Below are positions 52,063 to 64,000 of a stretch of DNA of 64,000 nucleotides, in pieces. The first letter of the stretch is position 1, and each line of letters starts with the position of its first letter. The stretch is from assembly GCF_020745735.1 (NCBI RefSeq), contig NC_083430.1:23240909-23304908 (forward strand). The letters are read 5' to 3'. Source of the stretch: Hemiscyllium ocellatum (Eukaryota). The translations under genes were made by a program, and so were the position numbers. The notes under the pieces are model-generated. The model was not told where the DNA came from. It did no database searches and saw only the letters and a program-made list of their open reading frames with translations.

Positions 52063-53769
52063 GATTCCTGTAATCACATTTGTGCTGGAGGGGAGGGTCT
52101 CTGGCCTTTACTGTGTTAACGGAGAAGGAGTAGGGCTGGAAAGGAAAGGAAAAGGGGCTATGATTCCAGATCTATTGGTTGAATGTCCCTATGGTCATTG
52201 GGTTGGTCTCTGAAGTTTCGTATGGTCAAATTGCCTGATCACTTTCAACTAGGATCACTCATGGAGAAATGGCATGGTTTGGACACAATGACGACCAGAA
52301 GCGAGTGAGCCAGTCCCACCAGGAGCGCAGAGTATACCCGGTACATGGGTGGGAATCACATTAGAAATCACTTCCTTTTAAACACATGAGCGCAGAGAAA
52401 TGCTCGTTTGGAAACTTCCATATAAAGAAAGGTCCGCTCATGTTGACATTGCTTATTTCCCACAGATTTCACGCAGTGGAATCCAATCTGAGAGCACCGC
52501 ACAGTGATAAAGTACTCCTGATGACTGCTCTGAAATAATTAATGGTCATAGTCAGGTAAGTGGAAAATACTCCCTTTTAGGCTGGTTTTCACTGCAACAG
52601 ATCAACTGATATGAAACAAATTGATGCTAACAATTCAGAAATACACTGGATATTCCTCCATTAAATACGTGCAGCCTTCGAAGTCTTGACTTTCACTTTA
52701 AAATAAATACTCTTAAAAGGTTGCCTGGCATCATACCAACAAAATGAAATACTCCTCAAGGGAGACAGGGAAAAATGAGCCACGCTCCCAAAATCCTCTC
52801 ATGAACAAATGATGTTGCTAAATGTTTGAGAAAGCATTTGAAGAGCAACATTTCAAGAGAAGAAACTGAACATACAGACAGATGCTGCCAATGTAAACAC
52901 AAAGCCATTTGTTTATGGGAAGCTTGGGGCAGTGCAGGTTGTGTTAATGTAACAAATATGTAAATCTCAAAATGATTAACTACCTGACTGCATAAAACTC
53001 AGATCTCAACACACACAATAATTTACTGTGCTGTGGTAGTATGAACACAGAATGCAGATCTGGGGAAGTCAATAAAACATTTACTGAGGAGAAATGTTAA
53101 CATTCACAGACTGGACAGTGCTCTCGTCTTGCTCATTTTGTACAGGAACCCAATTCCTATTACAGGAAATAAATTATTAATTTTTCAGGAAACTCATATT
53201 AAAGCTATTGATTTCAGGAAAAAAAAATGCTATTACAATGATCCATGAGAATATCATTTTGGATTTACAATGGAGACAGAATACTCCATGAAATAAACTT
53301 TTGTTAGGATTACAGCCTTGAAGTCCATTGAGCAAAAGCACCATTAGGCTGGAGAACTCAACTCCGATATTGGTCCTGGGTTGGAGTCTCTACACACACC
53401 AACCTAGAGCATAGAGGCTGGTCTGAAAGGCAGCTTTAAGCCTCATCAACATTTTGCACACCAGCTTTAGTCATTCACTACACCTCCACAGGAAGCCTGC
53501 GTAACTGAACGGCACAAGTATTGGGCTACCTCTCTCACCAACCCTGGCCCAAAGGTGAAAATCTCAGGGCAGGATATGGAATGTGACACTTGTTAGCAAC
53601 TTCAGAGTCAAAGGAGAATGTGAAGGTTTTTGTAAAACTTGACTTTGGTTGATAACCAGTGAAAAGTCCTGCGCAGACCAAAGGTGTATAACAACTGGAA
53701 CTGCAGCCACCCCAGATTGCAAAGTCATGTCAATAATGAAGGTGTCATTTAAGGGTCTGAAAGCATTAA

Positions 53770-54506
53770 TTAAAACAGAAATAGCTGGAGAAACTCAGCG
53801 GGGTCTGGCAGCACTGTGGAGAGAGAAAAACAACATTATGATTTCACATCTGAGACGTCTCTTCTTCAAAGCGGAGAGAGGCTGGAACACGGTGGTGTTT
53901 ACAGTGTTGACAATGAGGGAGGAGCAGCAAGTGGAACAGATGACGAAGATACTCATAGCAAAAGTCAAAAAGGAAACAAAAAGAGAGCTGCAGATGCTAG
54001 AAATCTGAAACAAAAACAGAAATAGCTGGGAGAAATTTAGCAGTTCTGGCAGCATCAGTGAAGAGACAGTCGGTATTTTGGGGCCAGTGACCTCACAGAT
54101 GCTGCCAGACTTGCAGAATTTCTGCTTCTGTTGTAAAAGATAAAGGGACTACTAATGGTGGTAAAGGAGTGATAGTGGTGTAAATTAAGTTCAAACGATT
54201 AAGGGAGAAAAAAAAAGAGAAAATGGGTCCGCTCTGCTGAGAGCAAAGACAAGAGACAAACAAGACCCAGCCAGTGTGGGGCATGGTGTTTCAGAAGGTA
54301 CTTGGAAGACAGATCATGAACTCAATCCATGGAACTTGATGTTGAGTTCTGAAGGCTGTAGAGTACCTAAGCAGAAAGAGGGAAAACAACTCCAACTGGA
54401 GTTAAGCTTCAATGGAAGCCTTTAGTGGGCTCAAGGATGAAAACGTAAGTATGGGAGCAAGATGGTGTATCAAAATGGCAAACAGGTTATAGTTACTCTA
54501 ATGGAC
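53770..54506 (-). mobile_element. Penelope-like element 3' region (nested terminal repeats plus GIY-YIG end), continuing at about 58009-58055 beyond the Rex1 insertion
   Basis: 54330-54400 (ttgatgttgagttctgaaggctgtagagtacctaagcagaaag) is the reverse complement counterpart of 28930-28985 (ctaggcaccttacaacca..aatattgagttcaa). Confidence 0.6.
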
Positions 54507-54512
54507 AACTTA

Positions 54513-57500
54513 CATGCAAGATGGTGCCAGATATTATCAACTCCTTGCAAGCTTCTGCATGCAGATCTAAGTTTCCTATTCCTATAATTGTTCTACACTC
54601 TAAAAACTTAACAGCATAGTTATTAGTCATTTTTAAAAATATGTTATATCTAGACTCACAGGTTTGAAACTCCTCCGATCCTCAAAGCTTAGTGGATGAA
54701 GGCAGCAGACCACATGGTGTCCACGATCTGCCTGACCACCCCGGAAGAAGGCCAGGCCAGCTGGAGGCAGCCTATGTGAGCCCCAGGCTTGGGGCCTACT
54801 GGAAAATGGAGGGACCTGACAGACCTACCCCAGGAAGGAGAACTGACACAAAATGTTCACGACGCCATAAGATGCCTGGCTAACATGAAATTTATCAGAA
54901 CATACCAGGACAGCAGCCCAAACACTTCTGCAAAGACGTGGCTGGATGTGGAGCAGTAAATTGGCAGCAAGTGGAACCAGGAACTTCTCCAGTGGGTCCT
55001 AAGTAAACTCCCTCCGGTACAAAACGACAGAGTAAATTACCTGCTACACTGGGTCCTAAGCAGACCCTCTGCAAGAATATACTAAACTGCAAACTACCTG
55101 CTCCACAGGATCCTAGGAGGGATCACTTAACTGGAAGCAGTCAGAATCCACTCAACCAGACTACTGAGCCACTCAAATCCAAGAAACCTGTGAGGAAGCG
55201 GGGCAAGTGAGCCAGCCTGCTAGTAAGAGTGAAACTATGCAGTTTCAAGACCCTGCCCCTTCCTAGCTTACTCCTAGCAAATGTACAATCTCTGGAAAAC
55301 AAGATGGACAAACTCAGATCACAGCTCAGCTTCCAGCGTGAACTGCGGGCCTGCTGTGCACTCTGCTTCACAGAAACCTGGCTCAACCCATCCATTTCTG
55401 AATGCGCACTTCAGGCTGATGGTTTTTCTATCCATCGTATGGACCAGACAGCGTCTTAGGGTAAGACAAAAGGTGGAGGGATTTGCTTTTAAATCACAAA
55501 CGTGTGGCGCATGGACAGTGCCACGCTGGACAGTCATTGCTCCCCAAACCTTAAATTCTTCACCATCAAATACTACCCCTTCTATCTACAACAGGTATAC
55601 TAACTCTGCGATACTAACTGCTGCGTACATACAGTCACAAGCAAAGGTTGAGGAAGCTCTGGATGTTCTGTCCTCCAACACTAACACCCTGGAGACAGAA
55701 CACCCCAAGATCCTGTTTATTGTAACTGGCGACTTCAATCAATCCAAACCAAGGTGGGTGTTGCCCAAGTACCAGCAGAACATTAACTGCCCCCCCGAGG
55801 GGCCCGAACATTTTAGACCACTGCTTCACCACTGTGAATGATGCCTATCACTCCTTCCTTGCCCTCATTTCTGAACTCCAACCACAATGCAGAGTTTCTT
55901 CGCCCGGCTAGCAGGCAAAAGCTCAAACAGGAGACCCCCTCGTGGACACAAGCTCAGTGCTGGTCGGAGGAGGCAGAGGATCAACTCCGGTGCTGTCTGG
56001 AATCGGCTGATTGGGCCGTGTTCAAGCAGTCCGCAGGTACCTTGGATGAGTGCGCCATCAACGTCACAGACTTTATCAGCAAGTGTGCGGAAGACTGCAT
56101 ACTGAGCAAGTCAATCTGGGGTGTTCCCCAACAGGAAACCGTGGGTGAATCAGGACACACAGAACCTGCTAAAAACCAGATGTGAGGCCTTCAGATCAGG
56201 AGACCCACTCAAATATAAGGAATCCTAGTATGACCTTCGCAGATCCATTAAGACAGCCAAGGACCAATACCGATCCAAACTTGAGACCCAGACAGACACC
56301 CGGGGACTATGGCAAGGACTGAATGACATCACACATTCTAAAAGAGACAGTGCAATATAGCAGACGATGACAATTCCCTCCCAGATCATCTCAACGCTTT
56401 CTATGCTTGGTTTGAGCAGAAATTTGGCTGAGAGGTAACACCTATTCCGACAAGTCCGGACGAACCTATCCCAATAGTCACTGCATCAGAGGTCAGATCA
56501 GTTTTCTTTCGTGTGAATCCAAGGATAGCGAAGGGACCAGACAAAGTACCAGGTCATATATTCAGAGCATGTGCAGATCAACTAGCAGAGGTCTTCTCTG
56601 ACATCTTCAACCTCTCCCTGCCTGTTTCAAGAGGGCCAACATCATTCCTATGCCCAAGAAGGCTCACGCAGCATGTCGCAATGACTACTGCCCAGTGGCC
56701 CTAACTTCAATGGTCATGAAGTGATTTGAAAGGCTGGTCATGGCATTAATCAACTCCACTACTCTTGACCCACTCCAATTTGCCTATCAGACCAACAGGT
56801 CCATGTCAGATGTCATATCACTTGCCCTTCACTCCTCCTGAGAGGTGTGAAGCTACGTAAGAATCCTACTCATTGAAGGCTGAACTGTGGTCAACACTAT
56901 TATCCTCTTGAGACTGATTACTAAACTTAGTGATCTCTGAATAAGCCCCACTCTCTGCAACTGGATCCTTAGTTTCTTGACCACAGGCCACAATCAGTGA
57001 AGGTTGGGGACAATCTTTCATCCTCACCAGCTCTCAACACTGGAGCCCGCAGGGCTATGTACTCAGCCCCCTATAGTCCTCACTGTAACCTATGATTGCG
57101 TTACCAAATACCAGACTAATGCCATTAACAAGTTTGCAGATGACACCACCAGAGTCGGTCGAATCTCAGATGGCAATGAAACAGACTACAGATGGGAGGT
57201 GGAAGACCTGGAAACATGGTGCACTGAGAACAACCTAGCTCTCAATGCTGGCAAAACCAAGGAACATAGATTAGATTCCCTACAAAAGGGAATAGTATTG
57301 ACTTTCAGCAGGATGTTACTCATGCCCCCTACACATTAACAGCACAGAGGTGGAACAAGTGGAGAGTGTCAAGCTCCCGGGACTGGTCATCCAGAACAAG
57401 TTTTCTTGGACTCTTCATATGGATGCATTGGTTACAAAGGCCTAACAACGTCTCTTCTTCCTCGGGCAGCTCAGGAAATTTTGCATAATGGCGCATACCC

Positions 57501-58008
57501 TTGCCAGCTTTTATAGATGCACCATCAAGAGCATTCTGTCTGGATGTATCACTACCTGGTTTGGCAACTGTATCATTCAAGCTCAGAAACAGTTACAGAG
57601 AGTGATGAGCTTGGCCCAGACAATCACAAAGGCCAACCTCTCATCTGTACAATCCATCTACCAGGCCCAGTGTTAAGGAAAGGCCGCCAGCATTCTGAAA
57701 GATCCATCCAATTCTGGCAATATTTTTTGACAACTTCTACCATCTGGGGGGGGGGGGGGGGGGAGGAAAGGTAGAGAAGCCTGAACACACACCAGCTGGT
57801 TTCAAAACAGTTTCTACCCTACTGTTAGAATACTGAATGGACTCTCAAACTCTTAGCATTCACCTGTACCTGTGTTTTGGTTTTTGCCGCTGTTTACCTA
57901 TTATTTACTTATCTATGCTACTTAACTCCGATCTGCCTGTATTGCTCACAAGACAAAGCTTTTCACTGTGCCTTGGTATACCTGACAATAAATTCAATTG
58001 AATTGAAT
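54513..58008 (+). mobile_element. Near full-length, inactivated Rex1/Babar-type non-LTR retrotransposon (APE endonuclease plus RT) in an FHL3 intron, antisense to the gene
   Basis: PLPSLLLANVQSLENKMDKLR..CCALCFTETWL and FIVTGDFNQ (APE). KGPDKVPG..RACADQLAEVFSDIFNLSL and KFADDTT (RT). 5' caagatggtgcc, 3' aattcaattgaattgaa tail. Many stops and frameshifts. Confidence 0.88.
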
Positions 58009-58444
58009 GCAGAAGTGTTCTGCAAAATGGTTATCCAACCTGCTTTTGGTTGCACTGGAGTCCACTGCCAACTAACCAGCACTCTCTTCTCATACAGTAT
58101 AAATGTGGCTTTCCTTTAGCATTGCTTAGAAATTATCCAGATGTGTGCAATATGAAAAGATTTAACAAAATGTAACTTTTATCTCTGAAGTGCATTTGAT
58201 CTCGCTCACCAGTGATTTTGTTTCCCTTCAGATGCACAACATGGTCAAATGAACAGAGCGCAAATAGATTCTTTCCCAAATTCTTGTCCTCCTGTCCTCA
58301 TTGCAGCAGATCGCAGCCTTCCCAACAGCAGAGTCATTAAGTACTATTTCTGAATGAATCTCAATGGCACAAAGGAGAGCTATCACCATTTTCTAAAGAC
58401 TAGATGTTACCACAGAACCTAACTTGTCAAGTTAGATGAAAAGG

Positions 58445-58662
58445 TGAAAGTGGGTACTACAGATGCTGGAGATTAGAGTCCTGCTGTCTTTTCCAGCAGG
58501 TCAGGCAGCATCTGAGGAGCAGGAAAATCATTTCAGGCAAAAGCCCTTCATTAGGAAAGGGCGTTCCTGATGAAGGGCTTTTGCTTTTGCCCAAAACATC
58601 GATTTTCTTTGCCCCTCGGATGCTGCCTGACCTGCTGTGCTTTTCCAGCAGGACTCTAATCT
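58445..58662. repeat. Head-to-head palindrome of Penelope-derived elements with two opposed hammerhead remnants
   Basis: ..ggcaaaagcccttcattaggaa-agggcg-ttcctgatgaagggcttttgc.., flanked by gattagagtcctgctg / cagcaggactctaatc. Confidence 0.85.
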
Positions 58663-59012
58663 TGAAGATAGATGAAAAGTCAATGGAATTTGAGCTAATT
58701 AAAGAAAAAGGTTTTAGACATGATCAGAAATTCTGTATGACATTCAGCAGAAACTTCTGAAAGTTGAAGAACTGGCACTTGATCAACAGTAGATACACAC
58801 CCACTGTTCAGTAACATGGCAAAAGTCTATTATAAGAATTGGGGAACCATTTTAAACTCAAAATTGATTATAGACATGAAATATACTTGTGGCTTTGGTT
58901 TTATAAAATTACTTATTGCACTTCTCACATCACAATCGCAGTTGGAGGGAGACCAGTAGAACAATAAAAGAGGAAGTCAAACATTTAAGTACATTCAAAT
59001 CACTGTATTTAC

Positions 59013-59168
59013 CCGAGCTTCATGTCCAATCAGCTCTTTGCATTCATCACATGTATTTGCAAACAGGGTGTCATAGCAAGGGATACAGTAGGGGCTGTCT
59101 TCAGAGAGGATGTATTTTCTGCCATATAGAGATTCTTTGCAGTTGTCGCAGTCAAAGCGCTCACTCAT
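59013..59168 (-). CDS. FHL3: FHL3 coding exon 1 (half LIM plus start of LIM1): MSERFDCDNCKESLYGRKYILSEDSPYCIPCYDTLFANTCDECKELIGHEAR
   Basis: Manual translation of the minus strand. ATG at 59168 (gaagATG), donor CGG|gtaaat at 59012, acceptor ttctattcacag just upstream. 156 nt, the canonical FHL first-coding-exon size. ESLYGRKY...PCYD...LIGH matches FHL3. Confidence 0.95.
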
Positions 59169-62100
59169 CTTCTATGGACAGCTGTTGCTGTGAATAGAAA
59201 CGAAGGAAAATTTTTACTCAACATAATTGTCAAGTGTAATAACTCACATTTGTTGATTTCAAATATATCACTGTTGGTAGAAATCATGTTGCTCTGTTGC
59301 AAACTGGCAAGAATTATGGAAGAGAAATGGGAAACTAATGTATGAGACCCCCCCCCCCCAAATGAATTGGGAGTTCTGAGGGAAGCTATGGAGCAGCTGC
59401 TATTTATTGGTCCCATTTCCTCCTCCTCTTTCTAACTAATGCTTGTGTATCATTCAGCAGGCAGCTTGCCAAAGTGCTCATTCATCATAGGTGAATCCAG
59501 ACAGAGTCTTGACAGCCTATTCACCCATGAAGGATCGCAGCAAGGAGTCTGGTTCTGTACTTCATTGATGCCCATGCCTTCATCTTTCCACAAGAATCAC
59601 TGCATAAGAACAAAGAGGCAGAAACTTTGGCTTTTCTCCCTACTTGATACATCATCAATGGAACCTATTGGAGTGTAGTTATTGCAGCCAACATCTACGA
59701 ATTCAACTGAAACAGGGATCAAACCTTGGGCCATACTGGTTCTGCACTGCTCAGTATTTTACAACAACCATCTGGGCAGATGCCAACTGTTACTCAGACA
59801 GCTTAGCATAAGTGGCACTTTTTTAAAAACAGATATGGTTTTGTTTCTCGTTTCCACAGTCTGGAGACCATTTTAACTTTTTGAGAATCTTACCTTTTTC
59901 CTCTCTGGTTTCTAGGTAACTAACCAGAAGTCAAGTTTCAGTGAACAGTGGAATGATAAAGTTGGCAACATTCAATTGAAGTGGCTACCTCATTCAACAT
60001 TGAGGTGTTGATTCAAATAAAAAGTTGAGAAAGTTAAAAGATGTGAATAAGATTGCTGAGGCTATCTGGCAATTTAGTCAAACATAACTTTAAATCTCAT
60101 TACAACAATAGTGCTGATCATTACTGTTAAAAACAACCTAGCCTCCCCGAGAGAGTATTCTACTGACTGCTGATATTTCTCCAAATATGAAGTTATAATA
60201 AATAGTTAAAAGTACAAAGGGATTCTGAAAATCTATTAAGGGCTTCCTGTTGAATTGGAACAACCTGTAAAGGAATTCCATCACTGTTACTGTATATATT
60301 AAGACCTCACTTGTATATCATTAATAGTATCATGTCTTCGGTTTTGGAAATATTCACACTTTAGACTTAAAATATTGGAACCACATGGAGTGTATTTCTT
60401 ACTACTGTCTATGTAGTTAATGGACAAATAGATTGATAGTGTTAGCTGTAATACATGGTATTCTGGGATGTACATTCGCATAGCAACTAGTTCCTAGTTC
60501 CTTACAAACTCCAACAAATAGATTACAGTGGAGTCAAATACAACTTAGTCAATTAAAGTTAATCATTATTAAAATGTATTTTTTCAAGAAGTGCAAAATT
60601 GCTGTGTGCCATATCATTTCTTTACTTGAATTGTTTTTAAACTTTCAGTGTATATAATCACTACTTCAAGTTTTTACTGTTGAAAAAGCATGCAAGACAC
60701 AAACTATTGCGAACACCACGTTCTGAACTGTAGCATTCTTAAGAAAGACAAGTTGTGATTAAGTTAACTTATATGGTTTCCAGATCCCTAAAAATCTGCA
60801 TGAGAAAATGAAAAGAAAAACAAATTAAGACTCACTCGCAACGATTCCAATAAGTATCCACAGCTACCAGCAGGATTAGTACTGACAAGCTAAAGGTACA
60901 CAGCACTCTCCATTACTCTCACACCAAATGCCATACTTAACAGACTCGTTTAGGCAGGAAGATGACTTATTACAAGAATATGTAACACATGGGCTATTAA
61001 GGCAGCATGCTGTTAATTTGAATCTCCATCTCACCACATCTATGCAAACCCCTGCAGCTCAATGATGGGGAAAAAAAGAAATGTCTATTAGTACTGACAG
61101 ATAGATTAAAAACTGGAGAAAAAGCAAAAGCTGCCTGTATTAAACTGTCAGTTAAGCAAAAATATGAAAACAGCTGAAAGCCAGAAGTGGCAGTATTTAA
61201 CTGGTGAAAAGATCCATCAGGTGTCATTAACAGAACTGTGCCACACTGACAGTCCCTGTCCTGTTCTGATCTGATCTTGAATGCAAGATGTATTATTTGT
61301 GGACCTTTTACTAATGAAGAAAGGATCAACCCAACAAACACATCACAAAAAGCAAGAAACACATTACATTCTTATTACATTGTGCACTAGCTACAGCCAT
61401 AATAGTGTAGTAAAGTAGTATGTTCCCACATGTACACATGTTGCGTAACTGTTCCTTGAGCGTAACATCGGAGGTTTGGTTCACAAAGCATTAAACCTGC
61501 ATTAACTTGTCACTTTGAATATGTTTCATTCCATTCACCACATGGTGGCTGAAACCAATTACTTACTTAATTGACTACATCTAGTTAATGAAATATGCAA
61601 GTGTTAATTTCAGCTGTTTACTCATTTTTACTGAGTTTTATACCGTTGCTAAATCAACAGGCTGCAGTTAGATATTAGCATAATGGTAGCATCTATATCT
61701 CTGAGATAGAAGCTTCTGGTTTAACCCATGTCAGGACTTGTTGATTCAGAAAGATGCATTTATATGTGGCCTAGAGATTAATTGCCAGCTTGTAAATTCT
61801 TCCTTTATGTCTGATGCCAGGTGTTAAAAGAGTGGGAGAGTTTCCAGGTTAGCCATCCTGAAGGCAGCAATGACAAACCATTGCTATATTTTACCCCACA
61901 GCAGGGACCAATCCAACAGAAGCCCAAGCCCCAACATTCAGAAACAAAGATGGGAAAAATGTTAGACTATTGTCACCACCTCTGACTTGGATTATGTGGG
62001 ACTGGCAGCTAACACTAGTTCTGGAACTTCTGAACTTGTGTGTTAACAGTCAGTGAGAAACTTACCTCTTTAGTCTTAAGGAGTCTGAAGAATACTCCTG

Positions 62101-62499
62101 CCTTTTGGGCGAGCTGCCTCAATTTTTAAGTATACAGGTAATTTTATCCACAGTAGAATCATTCATAATTCGGCTTTTCCAATTGTTCAGCAACCTTTAA
62201 GTCTTGGGAGCAAGTTGGCAAAGAGAAAGCCTAGTAATTGCCAAGTCTGTATGCTGGTATTGTTGGAATTTAACCAGCTGAAAGCTTGAGGCATACCATT
62301 TCAAAACACAAACGAACTTGCCATGACTACCCTGCCTCTATGCAGTGCTATCTGGAACTTGGTGAGAATTCCAGCTCCTGGTGAAATGTCAGCCTGCACT
62401 TCAAGAGTTAAATTTGTGAAATTTATGCCAACTAGATTGGTATTCCCTGCAATTGAGAAGATTAAAAGGTTAAATTGGCTGATATTTTACAAATGGGAT

Positions 62500-62765
62500 T
62501 TCATGGACTAGATAGAGAGAAAATATTTCTGCTCTTTGGAGAGTCTTGAAACAAGAGATACAATCTGAAAATAAGAGTCACGCCTTTCTGGAGTAAAATT
62601 CAGCATTATTTCTACACAAAAAGAAAGTGTGGTAGAAATTTAAAGCTCTCTTCTCCAGCAGCGTTTGCTACTAAATCCACTGCTAATTTCAATCTGAGAT
62701 TGGTAGATTTTTGTTGACCAAAAGTATTTATTTGTTGAGGCACAATTGGGTATGTGGAGTTAAGT
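62500..62765 (+). mobile_element. Degenerate CR1-type LINE 3' fragment
   Basis: ggagagtcttgaaacaagagatacaatctgaaaataagag..atctgagattggtagatttttg resembles other CR1 tails here. Confidence 0.55.
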
Positions 62766-64000
62766 TACAAATTCATTCTTGTTCAAAAGATCATAGTGTA
62801 AGCCCAGATGTGTTTACCAAAGATATTACAGACCTTCTCAGCTCAGGTAAACATTTACTGGTATAACAAAAAAACTCCTTTGTTCCAAATTCTAATTGCC
62901 AGGCATTCTACTTGGAGAGACCTTGACCCCAAAGACCTTTCCCAGTAAGGAAGGCTGTGAGTCATTGCCGGATAATAATAATACACATTGTGGGTGTGAA
63001 TGGAGTGTACTGTTAATGGCTCTGAAAGTTCCTATCAAATGGTTCCATTCCCCTGTTCTTTCCCCATAACCTTGCACTGCCCCTTCAAAATTTGGTTCTT
63101 TTGAAAGTTAGCTATTATCCTTGAAACTCTGCATTCCAAATTGTAACAATTCATAGGAAGACATCTTTTCACATCTCCCCTCTGGTAGTTTGCTAGTTAA
63201 CCTAAATGTATGTCCTCTGGTTACTGGCTCTCCGGCTAGTAGAAATATTTTCTCTCTTATATACTCTAAGATCTTACAGACTCCAGATTTACACCTCAGC
63301 TTTAAAGGTCATAGCAATGCTACAGAGAAGCACCTATTAAACAAAAAGAAAAGTGAACACATTTCAATTCAATGTCAAGTTTTGATTTGCCTGCATTGAT
63401 CTAGTCAGATACATCTATTCAGATGGACTGTTACAATTGCCTCAGTAACTTGGAGTTTGGGAGTGAGACAAAAAGCAGCCAACCTGTCCCCTCCTGACCA
63501 TCATCCAATGACCCCTGTTGAAAGCCAAGCTGAAATAGGCAAACAAACATCGGCTGTGACTTTTGCCAAAGATCACCATCTTGGCTCAAACATGATTACC
63601 TCATAAGATGACCAAAGTGTCTCTGTCACACTACAGCCTTCACAAACCTAAATTTATATTCTTCCCTACTTATCAACTTACAATAACCAAATGTTATTCT
63701 GAAAGCTTAGTCTAAGAGTCATGGCTGATTCCAGTAGGCAACTTTAGCTCACAAAATGTTTGTATTTGTTATGTGACAGACAACTGCTTTATTGCTGTTA
63801 AATTTTCCAGCTGTTGTTTTAAAAGACCAAACCTTTGGAAGAACGATATCATTATTTGCAAACTGCAAGCAGAAGGAAGTTTGGATTTACAGATGGCAAA
63901 GCTTCTGTCCCGTCTAAAATGTAACTGATGACTCATCTCAAGAAAAACATTCTGAATGACAACAATTAATAAAGTAGGACAATCTGTGTCATTTCAATTA

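Noticed and set aside
36099-59168. Assignment of the LIM gene as FHL2, FHL1 or FHL5
   Set aside because: The last exon resembles FHL2 in places (KYISFE.RQWH, DDILC), but exons 1-4 carry FHL3-specific strings (ESLYGRKY, ELFYEDRH, SLADEPFTCQ, FVPDK, FAPRC, LAGQQFTSR).
1-64000. CRISPR arrays, operons or other prokaryotic systems
   Set aside because: The sequence is intron-containing vertebrate DNA; recurring short repeats are dispersed TEs, not regularly spaced arrays.

Overview
Eukaryotic, repeat-rich genomic DNA, almost certainly from a cartilaginous fish (HE1/V-SINEs, CR1/HER1-type LINEs, shark-type Penelope termini). It contains one complete protein-coding gene, FHL3 (four-and-a-half LIM domains 3), on the minus strand in five coding exons (59168-59013, 49681-49507, 47670-47501, 45286-45100, 36250-36099; 840 nt, 279 aa, all GT-AG introns). 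The rest is a layered fossil record of transposons: a 5'-truncated L1 with a target-site duplication, a near full-length Rex1/Babar-type LINE, a POGK-like pogo transposon with both TIRs, several CR1 and RTE fragments and many SINEs. The most notable non-coding signal is a family of short Penelope-derived elements carrying minimal hammerhead-ribozyme motifs (CUGANGA-A-stem II-GAAACGUH). Their stems covary between subfamilies, and many copies sit as head-to-head palindromes, several inside FHL3 introns. There are also clear scars of templated DNA repair, including a 241-bp local copy pasted into a SINE. Repeat family names come from recalled consensus sequences, not database searches, and repeat boundaries are approximate unless a TSD or TIR is cited.
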